DNA of 64,000 nucleotides from Octopus bimaculoides (taxonomy: Eukaryota). Under the pieces are notes generated by a model. It was given only the letters and a program-made list of their open reading frames with translations, ran no database searches and was not told where the DNA came from. A program made the translations under genes and the position numbers. Location of the stretch: contig NC_069004.1 in NCBI RefSeq assembly GCF_001194135.2, forward strand, positions 28,161,619 through 28,225,618, read 5' to 3'. Below are positions 53,696 to 64,000 of the stretch, piece by piece (the stretch's first letter is position 1; the number at the start of each line of letters is the position of its first letter).

Positions 53696-54427
53696 TTCTT
53701 CTTTTTCTTCTTCTTCTTCTTCTTCTTCTTCACTTTCTCCTTCTTCTTCTTCTTCTTCTTCTTCTTCACTTTCTTCTTCTTCTTCTTTTTCTTCTTCTTC
53801 ACTTTCTTCTTCTTCTTCTTCTTCACTTTCTTCTTCTTCACTTTCTTCTTCTTCTTCTTCACTTTCTTCTTCTTCTTCACTTTCTTCTTCTTCTTCACTT
53901 TCTTCTTCTTCTTCTTCTTCTTCTTCTTCTTCTTCTTCTTCTTCTTCTTCTTCNNNNNNNNNNNNNNNNNNNNNNNNNNNNNNNNNNNNNNNNNNNNNNN
54001 NNNNNNNNNNNNNNNNNNNNNNNNNNNNNNNNNNNNNNNNNNNNNNNNNNNNNNNNNNNNNNNNNNNNNNNNNNNNNNNNNNNNNNNNNNNNNNNNNNNN
54101 NNNNNNNNNNNNNNNNNNNNNNNNNNNNNNNNNNNNNNNNNNNNNNNNNNNNNNNNNNNNNNNNNNNNNNNNCTTCTTCTTCTTCTTCTTCTTCTTCACT
54201 TTCTTCTTCTTCTTCTTTTTCTTCTTATTCACTTTCTTCTTCTTCTTCTTCTTCACTTTCTTCTTCTTCACTTTCTTCTTCTTCTTCTTCACTTTCTTCT
54301 TCTTCTTCACTTTCTTCTTCTTCTTCACTTTCTTCTTCTTCTTCTTCTTCTTCTTCTTCTTCTTCTTCTTCTTCTTCTTCTTCTTCTTCTTCTTCACTTT
54401 CTTCTTCATCTTCTTCACCTTCTTCTT
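53696..54427. repeat. (TTC)n trinucleotide tract with recurring CACTTT variant units, spanning a gap
   Basis: Direct reading; gap 53954-54172. Confidence 0.95.
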
Positions 54428-54589
54428 AATTGGCTGATCATAGGACACCTCCATTCAAACATTTCTACTCCTCTAGGCACCCATATTGTGTGAACCCTCT
54501 TTCATCTCCATTTCCTTCCTTGAAGAATGCCACCAAACTGATATAAATGAACCCAGCAACACACTCCAATCTCTCTCACAGACCTGTTA

Positions 54590-54900
54590 TCTTCTCTCTC
54601 TGTCTTTTCTTCATCTTCCTCTTCTACTACTGCAGTGTGGCTTCTGTTCTTTGGACCTGGCTGGTCTTGTACTACCTCAAGTAGCTCTCCTAGTCTTGGC
54701 ACCCACATTGAGTCCATCTTCACCACAGAAGGTTCCAAGCTAACCTCCACCTCTTCCCAATCCTTCCTGCCCAAAACAAACCCTCAAAAATTCTCTCACA
54801 TGTTTTTTACCCAGCAATCAAGCTACTTGAAACTGTACTGGTTTTCTGTCTCCTGTTTGAAGAGGAATATGTGCCATCTGCCATTTGAGTCTGACAAGCC
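54590..54900 (-). pseudogene. Possible decayed RTE-like LINE ORF2 C-terminus
   Basis: Fragments WVKN..EG.GRGG..W..SVVKMD resemble the WVKK..EG.R.RGRP..W..VVK.D motif; stops and frameshifts present. Similar weak remnants at ~19080-19230 (+) and ~45860-45950 (+). Confidence 0.3.
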
Positions 54901-55767
54901 ATCCATGGAGCTTAATGCTTTATGGATGTGAAACCATTGGTTACTCTATGACCAGACATATATTTAACCTCCTGTGGATACATTACTGTTCTATTCTTTA
55001 GAGTGAGCTTCCTTTTTGGATATATAACACCCTGACAGTGTGTATGTATATATANNNNNNNNNNNNNNNNNNNNNNNNNNNNNNNNNNNNNNNNNNNNNN
55101 NNNNNNNNNNNNNNNNNNNNNNNNNNNNNNNNNNNNNNNNNNNNNNNNNNNNNNNNNNNNNNNNNNNTATATATATATATATGTATAGTTCAAAATTGTA
55201 CAAAAGCCAAAAATATGGAGACATGTGAAGGGACAACAAACAAAGTGTATTAATTTGACACTCAGGAAAAATGGAAGAGTCTTTGACATTTCAAGCCTAC
55301 ACTCTTCTAGGAGAGGAAACATAGAAAAAGGAAAGAAAAAAAACACATCTGGATTAACAGCTGCATACATACCAACACATATATATATATATATATATAT
55401 CACTTTAAAGTTTATCTCTACAGATTTTCTATAGAATTTAGAGTCAGTGAGTTACAATGTTTCGTATAGAAATACATGTGTGTAAGCAATGTGATCAAAG
55501 ATTGAAAAATAGGTATTCACCTATCTTTCTATCTTTGATCACGTTTTCCACAGAGGACGTATTCATATACAAAACATCATAACTTTCAGTGTTGACTCTA
55601 AACTCTATCGGAAATCAGTAGAGATAAGCTTAAAAGTGATTGTATCACATTGTTAATACGAAAAGTAGGACACAGTATTGACTTATAAATCTTTAATATA
55701 TTTGGTAATTTATTATGGTTGCAAAATGAAATACAGTATTCCTACCAAAAATTTATATATGTATTAT

Positions 55768-56165
55768 AGGTGTAGGCTATGGTTGTGTGGTAAGAAGCTT
55801 GCTTCCCGACAACATGGTTCCAGGTTCAATCCCACTGCATGATACCTTGGGCACGTATCTTCCACTATTAAGTCAGGCTGACTAAAGCCTTGTGAGTGGA
55901 TTTGGTAGATGGAAACTGAAAAAAAGCCTATCGTATGTGTGTGTGTGTGTGGGGGGGGGGGTATCTATGTGTGTCTTTGTGTCTGTGCCCCTCCCCCCAC
56001 CGCTTGACAACTGGCGTTGGTGTGTTAGCAGTTCAGCAAAAGAGATTGATAGAATAAGTACTAGGTTTAAAAAATAAGTCCTGGTGTTGATTTGTTTGAC
56101 TAAAACCCTTCAAGGTGGTGCTCCAGCATGGCCACAGTCAAATGACTGAAACAAGTAAAAGAAGA
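55768..56165 (+). mobile_element. Family A SINE
   Basis: Head, CORE-like block, microsatellite and tail colinear with 48075-48506. Confidence 0.78.
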
Positions 56166-57288
56166 AAAGAACGTGTGTGTGTGTGTGTGTATTTGCCAAA
56201 GCAGGCTGAAACCTGGTGCAGTTCTCTGGCTTTCCAGCTCCAATCAAACCATCCAACCCATACCAGTGTGGAAAACAGATGTTAAAGGATGATGATATAT
56301 ATATGTCTTTCTGTTTGTCCTCCTTGCTGCTTGACAACCAGTGTTGGTGTGTTTACATCCTTATAACGTAGTGGTTTAGCAAAAGAGACTAGACTAAGTA
56401 TTAAACTTTAAAAGATAATTTACTGGAGCTGATTTTGATTGACTTAGACTTTTATAGCAATGCTCCAGTATGGCTGCTCTCCAATGACCTAAACAAGTTA
56501 AAGATAANNNNNNNNNNNNNNNNNNNNNNNNNNNNNNNNNNNNNNNNNNNNNNNNNNNNNNNNNNNNNNNNNNNNNNNNNNNNNNNNNNNNNNNNNNNNN
56601 NNNNNNNNNNNNNNNNNNNNNNNNNNNNNNNNNNNNNNNNNNNNNNNNNNNNNNNNNNNNNNNNNNNNNNNNNNNNNNNNNNNNNNNNNNNNNNNNNNNN
56701 NNNNNNNNNNNNNNNNNNNNNNNNNNNNNNNNNNNNNNNNNNNNNNNNNNNNNNNNNNNNNNNNNNNNNNNNNNNNNNNNNNNNNNNNNNNNNNNNNNNN
56801 NNNNNNNNNNNNNNNNNNNNNNNNNNNNNNNNNNNNNNNNNNNNNNNNNNNNNNNNNNNNNNNNNNNNNNNNNNNNNNNNNNNNNNNNNNNNNNNNNNNN
56901 NNNNNNNNNNNNNNNNNNNNNNNNNNNNNNNNNNNNNNNNNNNNNNNNNNNNNNNNNNNNNNNNNNNNNNNNNNNNNNNNNNNNNNNNNNNNNAAAAAAA
57001 AAATGTTTAATAAATCTCATGTTCTTAAAAGCTGACTCATTACATGATGTCGTTATTTTACATTCATCATCATTGTCTTCGTTGCCATCATCATCATCAC
57101 TGTCATCATTGTTGTCATCGACGTCATCATCATCATCTTTGCTTTTCCTTGCTGGCTTGGGCTGGATGGGTTGCACAATAGCTTGTGTTTGTGTTTCATC
57201 TGGTACACACAGCAACAAAGAAAACTGCCAACTTTCGTGGCTATGTATGTACTTCTTATTGGGTACGTGAGGTAGGGTGCATTATTGA

Positions 57289-57502
57289 CTCTCTCTTTTA
57301 CTCTTTTACTTGTTTCAGTCATTTGACTGCGGCCATGCTGGAGCACTGCTTTTAGTCGAGAAAATCGACCCCAGGACTTATTCTTTGTAAGCCTAGTACT
57401 TATTCTATCGGTCTCTTTTTGCCGAACCGCTAAGTTACGGGGACGTAAACACACCAGCAACGGTTGTCAAGTGATGGTGGGGGAACAAACACAGACACAC
57501 AA

Positions 57503-57556
<54 letters not shown>

Positions 57557-57703
57557 GACGGGCTTCTTTTCAGTTTCCGTCTACCAAATCCACTCACAAG
57601 GCTTTGGTCAGCCCGAGGCTATAGTAGAAGACACTTGCCCAAGGTGCCACGCAGTGGGACTGAACCCGGAACCATGTGGGTGGTAAGCAAGCTACTCCTG
57701 CAC
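57289..57703 (-). mobile_element. Family A SINE, near full length
   Basis: Highly similar to 48075-48506. Confidence 0.85.
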
Positions 57704-58363
57704 CTATAGATACCCTTCATATCAACAATCAATTTACTGTTTGGATTTAGTGGATGTTACCATACCACTAGCACTAAAGTGGTTTCTTCATGTGATAAGA
57801 ACTGAAAAGTTTTCTCCATCCTGTATCAGTTTTCATTTGTAGCGGCCACCCTCCTAGATGGGTTGTCTGTGTTTGACCTGCAATGACCTAGTCTCTTCGG
57901 TTTGTACTTTCACTTTCGTTTCTTACATGCATGCACATTCTTACTGGCACTCTGACAAGTGTTCAAGTTGATCCAATCAACGGAACAGCCTGCCCCTGAA
58001 ATTAACATGCAAGTGGCTGAGCACTCCATGGGCACATGTAACCTTTATGTAATTATCAAGGAGATTCAGCATGACACACAGGTTGTGACAAGCTTTGCCA
58101 CTTGGAAATACAGGTGCAACTCATTTTTACCAGCTGAGTCGACTGGAGTATCATGAAATAAAGTCCCTTGCTGAAGGACACAATGCGGCCCCTGGAATCT
58201 AACTCGTGACCATACGATCATGAACTGGAAAGAAATTATATGGATTTATGTGTATTAACGATTAAGATTGTAATTTGCTCTGAAAAAAGTATATGTTTTG
58301 ACAGAAACTTCCGCTCATCTAGATTCCTTCTCTCAGATTCATCTTTTTTCCATCCAATACGCC

Positions 58364-58680
58364 ATACAGAAGTTTTGTAGGAAGTTGTGTATCTTGCTGG
58401 AAATAGAAACCAAAGCTCCTTCCAAATTACACATTAGTTCTGTATACACACAAGATACTGTTCAAAAGCAAGTCAGGATGGTCACGGCTGGAATGCCTTT
58501 GATCCTTTAATCATAGGTCTGAATACAGAAGTCTTTTAGGAAGTTGTGTATCTTGCTGGAAATAGAAACCAAAGCTCTTTCCAAATTACACATTAGTTCT
58601 GTATACACACAAGATACTGTTCAAAAGCATGTCAGGATGGTCACGGCTGGAACGCCTTTGATCCTTTAATCATAGGTCTG
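58364..58680. repeat. Tandem duplication, period 159 bp, few mismatches
   Basis: ATACAGAAG..CATAGGTCTG occurs at 58364-58521 and 58523-58680. Confidence 0.9.
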
Positions 58681-59045
58681 CTCTGCCAAGGCTGATATGA
58701 GATTAAGGAACAACAACAACACTGTCATATCATACTCACTGCATTTCTCCCTTTTAGCCTCTCTTTCCATTTCAGTTCTTTAACCAATGTCTCTGGTTGC
58801 ACCCACACCATATATCATAGTTTTGTAGTACTTCATACAACAAACAGTTATATTGAAGAACACTGAAGTCAGTTTCTTTGTTGTTCATGCCAACAGTTCT
58901 TTAATCACCATCCAACCATACCAAATTAGCATCAATATGCAACTGATGTCTTTCCTACAAACATCTTTGCTCCATTTCGCTTTCCTTATCTCAGCTACTA
59001 CCATTTAACTTTGAACCAAACATTTTCCGTAAGTTTATTTAGCTG

Positions 59046-59097
<52 letters not shown>

Positions 59098-60062
59098 TCA
59101 CGCATAAACACATAATGATTTATCAATGGTGTTGTTTACATACTGGAATTATTAGCTGAAAACGAACTTGGCTTTTTTCTTGTTGGCAAAGTTTAGCAAT
59201 CCACTTTTAGTCAAACGCAAACCTCTAGCTATGAACAATGGCCATGCAGAAATCTAGATATATCAAATGACATTGGAGAGAAAAGAAATGAATAACACAA
59301 GCAAAAATAAAAATGACATTTTCTTTGTAGTTGGTTTGAAAGCAAAATGGTGAAGGTATGTGCAATGGGGTGGAAGGTAATTTATTTTATTCTCTGTCTG
59401 TCTTTCTATCCACTTTGCTTTCTTTCGCTTCTCTAGGGAAGAATGAGTGACTTGAAAAAGTAACCACTGACATTTTCATTACTGGTATGTAATAGAACAG
59501 AAAGACGATTGTAGTGAAAATTCCACCAATGAGCAACACAAATGCCGAATGGAATCATAAACATCACCTGCTTCGCTTTTCCCTGTTACAACAACATCTG
59601 TAGGTTTTTATAGTGCTTCGGAGGAGAGAGGGTGAGAGGGGGAAGGCTGAGGAAGAGAGGGGCAGTGCGAAGGAGAAATAGAGAGGACAGAGAGAGAGAG
59701 AGAAACAGAGAGGGGTGAGAGGAAGAAAGAAACCTCGAAGTGCAGAGAGAGAGAGAGAAACAGAGGGTTGGAGAGAAAGAGCAAGATAAAGGAACAGAGA
59801 GATGTAGAGAGAGAGAGAGGGGCACAGAGAGTGAGATAGAGAGAGAAAGGCAGAAAGAGAGATAGATTGAAAGTGGGGAGAAGAGGGAGGGAGAAATAGG
59901 AAGCTACCTCTTACATATGTTGTAAATGTGAATAAGAATTGTTTACATTCCTTTTTGAAAGTCCACCTGCCATTGAGAATGGAGAATTCAGAATTCTTTG
60001 ATGGTGCATCATATTTACAAGCAAAAGCATTGTACATTTATATTCTCTCTGTTTTAACCTCT

Positions 60063-60358
60063 CATTCAGAGCTTCATTAAAATCTGAGACCAGAATTACT
60101 TGCATTTGTGTCAAATATCTTAAGACTGTTTTACTACGTGAATGGGTTTTCAATGTTAAAACTGCCTCTTGTTCAGGTGTTAATTAAAATACAAAAACAG
60201 CGCCATCTGCATTTGCACTGAATCCTAAAACCTTATTTCACTCCATGAAAGGTGTTTGAAATATTAAAATGACCTTCATTCAGATCTTAATTAAAATACA
60301 AGAAGAGATTCATCTGCATTTGTGCCGAATCTTAAGACTTTGTTTCACTGCATGAACA
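60063..60358. repeat. Diverged tandem triplication, period 107 bp
   Basis: TTCAG anchors at 60065, 60172 and 60279, each followed by ..ATTAAAAT..TGCATTTG..TAA(G/A)AC..(G)TGAA. Confidence 0.75.
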
Positions 60359-61157
60359 TATTTTAAATGCTAAGAATGTGTAGTTTGGTTGGGTCATTGT
60401 GCCACCAGTCTACCAAACTCCATAATCATTAATGCATTGGCTTCTATCATTATTACCAGCTTAGTTTCCATCTGACTTAGCAAAATGGAACAGAACATTT
60501 GACATTTATGTGCAACAGGGACTTATGTATGTTATTATAGTTCAGATCACTAGCAAAATCCCAGCATTACACTCCTTTAATTAAAACTAACAACTTACTC
60601 ATTAATTAGAAAGTAGTTACAATACTGAAACATACTTACCCGTTTGGTATTTGCAAGTTAATGCAAATTTGATGAGAATAACGAGAATTAAGTTTATTTA
60701 CCAGAGGCATAGGTGTGGCTATGTGGTTAAGAAGCTTGCTTCTCAACCATTGTGGTCTTGGGTTCTATCCCATTGCATGGCACCTTGGGAAAGTGTCTTC
60801 AATAACCTCAGGTTGACCAAAGCCTTGTGAGTGGATTTGGTAGATGGAAACTGAAAGAAGCCTGTTCTTTTCTCTGTGTGTGTTTGTCTCTAATCCCACT
60901 ACTTGAGAACCAATGTTAGTTTCTTTACATCTCTGCAACTTAGCAGTTCAGCAAAAGAGACCAGTGGAATATGATTGCAGTCCAATGGACTGAAACAAGT
61001 GAAAGGTTTAAGACAAAAATGGTAACTTATATAACAGCAACAAAGACAGATTACAAATAAGCAAGCCTGTAGTCTACCACTTTTTCTCATCAACTAATCC
61101 AGCCATGACTATCCTAACTTGTTTTTTGAATATAGTGTATGCCAGAAAACAGTACCT

Positions 61158-61389
61158 AGGCGGTGAGCTGGCAGAAACGTTAGCACGCCAGGTGAAATGC
61201 TTAGCGGTATTTCGTCTGCCGCTACGTTCTGAGTTCAAATTCCGCCAAGGTCGACTTTGCCTTTCATCTTTTCGGGTTCGATAAATTAAGCACCAGTTAC
61301 GCACTGGGGTCGATGTAATCGACTTAATCCCTTTGTCTGTCCTTGTTTGTCCCCTCTATGTTTAGCCCCTTGTGGGCAATAAAGAAATA
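61158..61389 (+). mobile_element. tRNA-derived SINE, family D, full length
   Basis: Head GGCGGTGAGCTGGCAGAA..GAGTTCAAATTCC; tail (AAGAAAT)n; 14-bp TSD AGAAAACAGTACCT at 61144-61157 and 61390-61403. Confidence 0.88.
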
Positions 61390-62045
61390 AGAAAACAGTA
61401 CCTTGCAGGTCCTTTTTTATTTATTAAAATTTTCTTTTTAATCACCCAACAAAATCTTGACCCTCCTCGATACACTTTTTATGCAGCTTTTTTTTTTTTT
61501 TTTTTTTTTTTTGTGAAACGTAGTACATCTTCTGTGCCATCGGATACGGTATGTTTGTCTGCAAATGATCCTGCAAGAATCTGAAGAATACTTTGCCAAG
61601 TAAAGAAATATCACAAAAGTTACTGTTATTTGATTTGACACCTTTGAACTGTGGTTCAATCAGTCGAGGTGGTTATATATAAAAAGAATCATTCATTACA
61701 TCACTTCTGTACTTTAAGCATGGTTCTGATGCAATGGGAAAATCCGTTTCCTCAATAATGCCAAAGTGAGGAAGCCCTTCTGTAAAATGCCCATCTGTTG
61801 GGGATGGGGCATGGCAAAAGTCTGTGAAATGCTTCATCCATTACTTGGAACACTCTCAGCATCACTGTCTTTCGTTCTTTTATCTTTTACTGGTTTCTGG
61901 CATCAGACTGCAGCCATGCTGGAGCACCACCTTCAGAGGTTTTAGTCAGGGAAATCAACCCCAGTACTTATTATTTTACTTATTCTATCAGTCTGTTCTG
62001 CTAAACCATTAAGTTACAGGGACAAGCATAAACACACATACAAAG

Positions 62046-62096
<51 letters not shown>

Positions 62097-62115
62097 ACAG
62101 GTTTCTTTCAGTTTC

Positions 62116-62347
62116 CTATTTCTTTATTGCCCACAAGGGGCTAAACGTAGAGGGGACAAACAAGGACAGATGAAGGTATTAAGTCGATTACATCGACCCC
62201 AGTGCGTAACTGGTACTTAATTTATCGACCCCGAAAGGATGAAAGGCAAAGTCGACCTCGGCGGAATTTGAACTCACAACGTAGCGGCAGATGAAATATC
62301 GCTAAGCATTTCGCCCGGCGGGGTAACGTTTTTGCTAGCTCGCCGCC
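62116..62347 (-). mobile_element. tRNA-derived SINE, family D, nested in a family A copy
   Basis: Reverse complement of the 61158 copy; 13-bp TSD TTCTTTCAGTTTC at 62103-62115 and 62348-62360. Confidence 0.88.
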
Positions 62348-62959
62348 TTCTTTCAGTTTCTGTCTCCCAAATTCTCTCATAAGACTTTGATCAAAATGGA
62401 TGCATATTTAGATCGGAGGAGGAGCAACAGATGATTGGTGAGGACCAAATATTCGTTTTTGGCAAGCAGCACATTGTTTATGAATCCCTTTCATCAAATG
62501 CCAATTGAATATCTGCTAGACTACTTGACCATTCTGTGTCCTGCTTGCTTCTCAATTCTCTCTGCAACACTGATTTATGATGCTTCAGCAATTCTTCTGT
62601 TGTCACTATTTCCTTTTTCTGATAAATTGGAATTAATCAATTTCTGGTGCAATTTATGTCTGACGTCTAACAGTTTCAAGCTATCGAGGTTTGACTATAT
62701 AAGGTGATAAATGAGACATTTATTCTCTTGATATCTGCAGCTTATTCTGTAGAATGTTGGTGACAAGCTTTTAGTTCAATACTTTGATCCAGGAATTTCC
62801 CCAAAGAAGGAGCGGATCTTAGTTTCCTATTCATCATAATCGTCATCATCATCATTTAGCATCCACTTTTCCATGCTTGCATGGGTCAGACTGTGTTTTA
62901 TTGAGGCAGATTTTCCACTGCCAGATGCCCTTCCTGTTGCCAACCCTCACCTGTTTCAT

Positions 62960-63347
62960 GTTGTTGTTGGCACTCTGTCGCTTACGACGTCGAGGGTTCC
63001 CGTTGATCCGATCAACAGAACAACCTGCTCGTGAAATTAATGTGCAAGTGGCTGAGCACTCCACAGACACGTGTACCCTTGACGTAGTTCTCGGGGATAT
63101 TCAGTGTGACACAGTGTGACAAGGCTGACCCTTTGGAATTACAGGTACAACAGAAACAGGAAGTAAGAGTGAGAGAAAGTTGTTGTGAAAGAGTACAGCA
63201 GGGTTCGCCACCATCCCCTGCCGGAGCCTCATGGAGCTTTAGGTGTTTTCGCTCAATAAACACTCACAACACCCGGTCTGGGAATCGAAACCGCGATCAT
63301 ATGACTGCGAGTCCGCTGCCCTAACCACTGGGCCATTGCAACTCTAC
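62960..63347 (-). mobile_element. tRNA-derived SINE, family C, nested in a family B-type repeat
   Basis: Near-identical reverse complement of 51171-51558; TSD CACCTGTTTCAT at 62948-62959 and 63348-63359. Confidence 0.88.
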
Positions 63348-64000
63348 CACCTGTTTCATAGCAAGATAATATTCCCCATGGCCAAACATTTTTTTTTTTT
63401 GCAGGATATTGGAAATAAAGGCATTCATTTGCGACAATCACATGTTAAGACACGGAGACACAAATTCACACACACACACAAGTATCTGTATGGAGCCTGC
63501 AAAACTTTAAGGTGCATGGAACCAAATCAAACTGCTTTAAATAATAATATATGTAACTCCTGTAAAATGCGTTGAATGCTTCTTTATTCCTTTTTTTGGA
63601 CAAACAAAGAAATACAGAACCATTCAACCCCTGTCTGTTAACAAGCAAGGAAATATTTCTCCATGGCTAGGCATGTTTCTGCAGAATATTAGAAAAGAAT
63701 GACATCCACTGGCAGCAATTAGGCAACGTCAAGACAAGGAAGACACAAACATACACACACTCATGTGCAGAGTCACACACACACACACACACATACACAC
63801 ACACACACACACACATAAAACAAGCCTTTTTTTTTAGTTTCCACGTCCATGAGTATTAATGTAACAGTATAAGCTACAATTATATTATTTAACTACATGA
63901 ATTATAATGATGTGTATATAAGTGTGTGTGTGTGTATGTATATGTGAGTTTATATATGTGTGTATGTATATGTGTGTGTGTGTGTATATATATATATATA

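Larger units (their letters stand above)
6754..56993. other. 18 assembly gaps (N runs, about 5.6 kb in total), mostly at microsatellites
   Basis: Largest: 7678-8640, 13397-14283, 29689-30466, 9436-9968, 56508-56993. Confidence 0.95.

Noticed and set aside
53644-54454. Long poly-K, poly-E, poly-S and poly-L ORFs
   Set aside because: Translations of a trinucleotide tract across an N gap; the E frame is preceded by a stop and no splice context is evident.
7499-57218. ORFs of 100-390 aa containing X runs or YI/HT/CV repeats
   Set aside because: Artefacts of N gaps and dinucleotide microsatellites.
59564-60153. 157-aa and 80-aa minus-strand ORFs
   Set aside because: Mostly GA-repeat translation, or overlapping the non-coding 107-bp repeat; no family resemblance.
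1-64000. CRISPR arrays, rRNA, prokaryotic operons, intact transposase or RT ORFs
   Set aside because: None seen; the sequence is eukaryotic and all autonomous-element traces are decayed.

Overview
AT-rich, repeat-dense animal genomic DNA from a gapped short-read assembly, with about 5.6 kb of N gaps and many TA/CA/GA/GAT/TTC/GATA microsatellites. The repeat landscape looks like octopus (inference, not verified). Only one protein-coding exon is supportable: 43872-44079 (+), the first coding exon of an alpha-1,6-fucosyltransferase (FUT8) homolog, whose remaining exons appear to lie beyond the window. The rest is intronic or intergenic: at least four tRNA-derived SINE families (several with clean TSDs and nested insertions), DNA-transposon MITEs, a 280-bp foldback, and local duplications. 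The most notable signal is a set of minimal type-I hammerhead ribozyme (HHR) motifs in small non-coding elements. Motifs with all pairings satisfied lie at 1903-1945 (+), 34035-34076 (+) and 26212-26257 (-). A copy with an intact core but broken stem I lies at 12596-12637 (-), and decayed copies lie at 26529, 11378, 28600 and possibly 10821. Their self-complementary stem-III sequences differ (ACGU, ACAUGU, ACUAGU, ACAGCUGU), and two carry the compensatory U3-A8 core pair. One HHR is in the tail of a tRNA-headed SINE-like element inserted as an inverted duplication with a 13-bp TSD, suggesting a SINE/retrozyme hybrid mobilised by Penelope-like machinery. All structures were read by eye; none was computed or tested.
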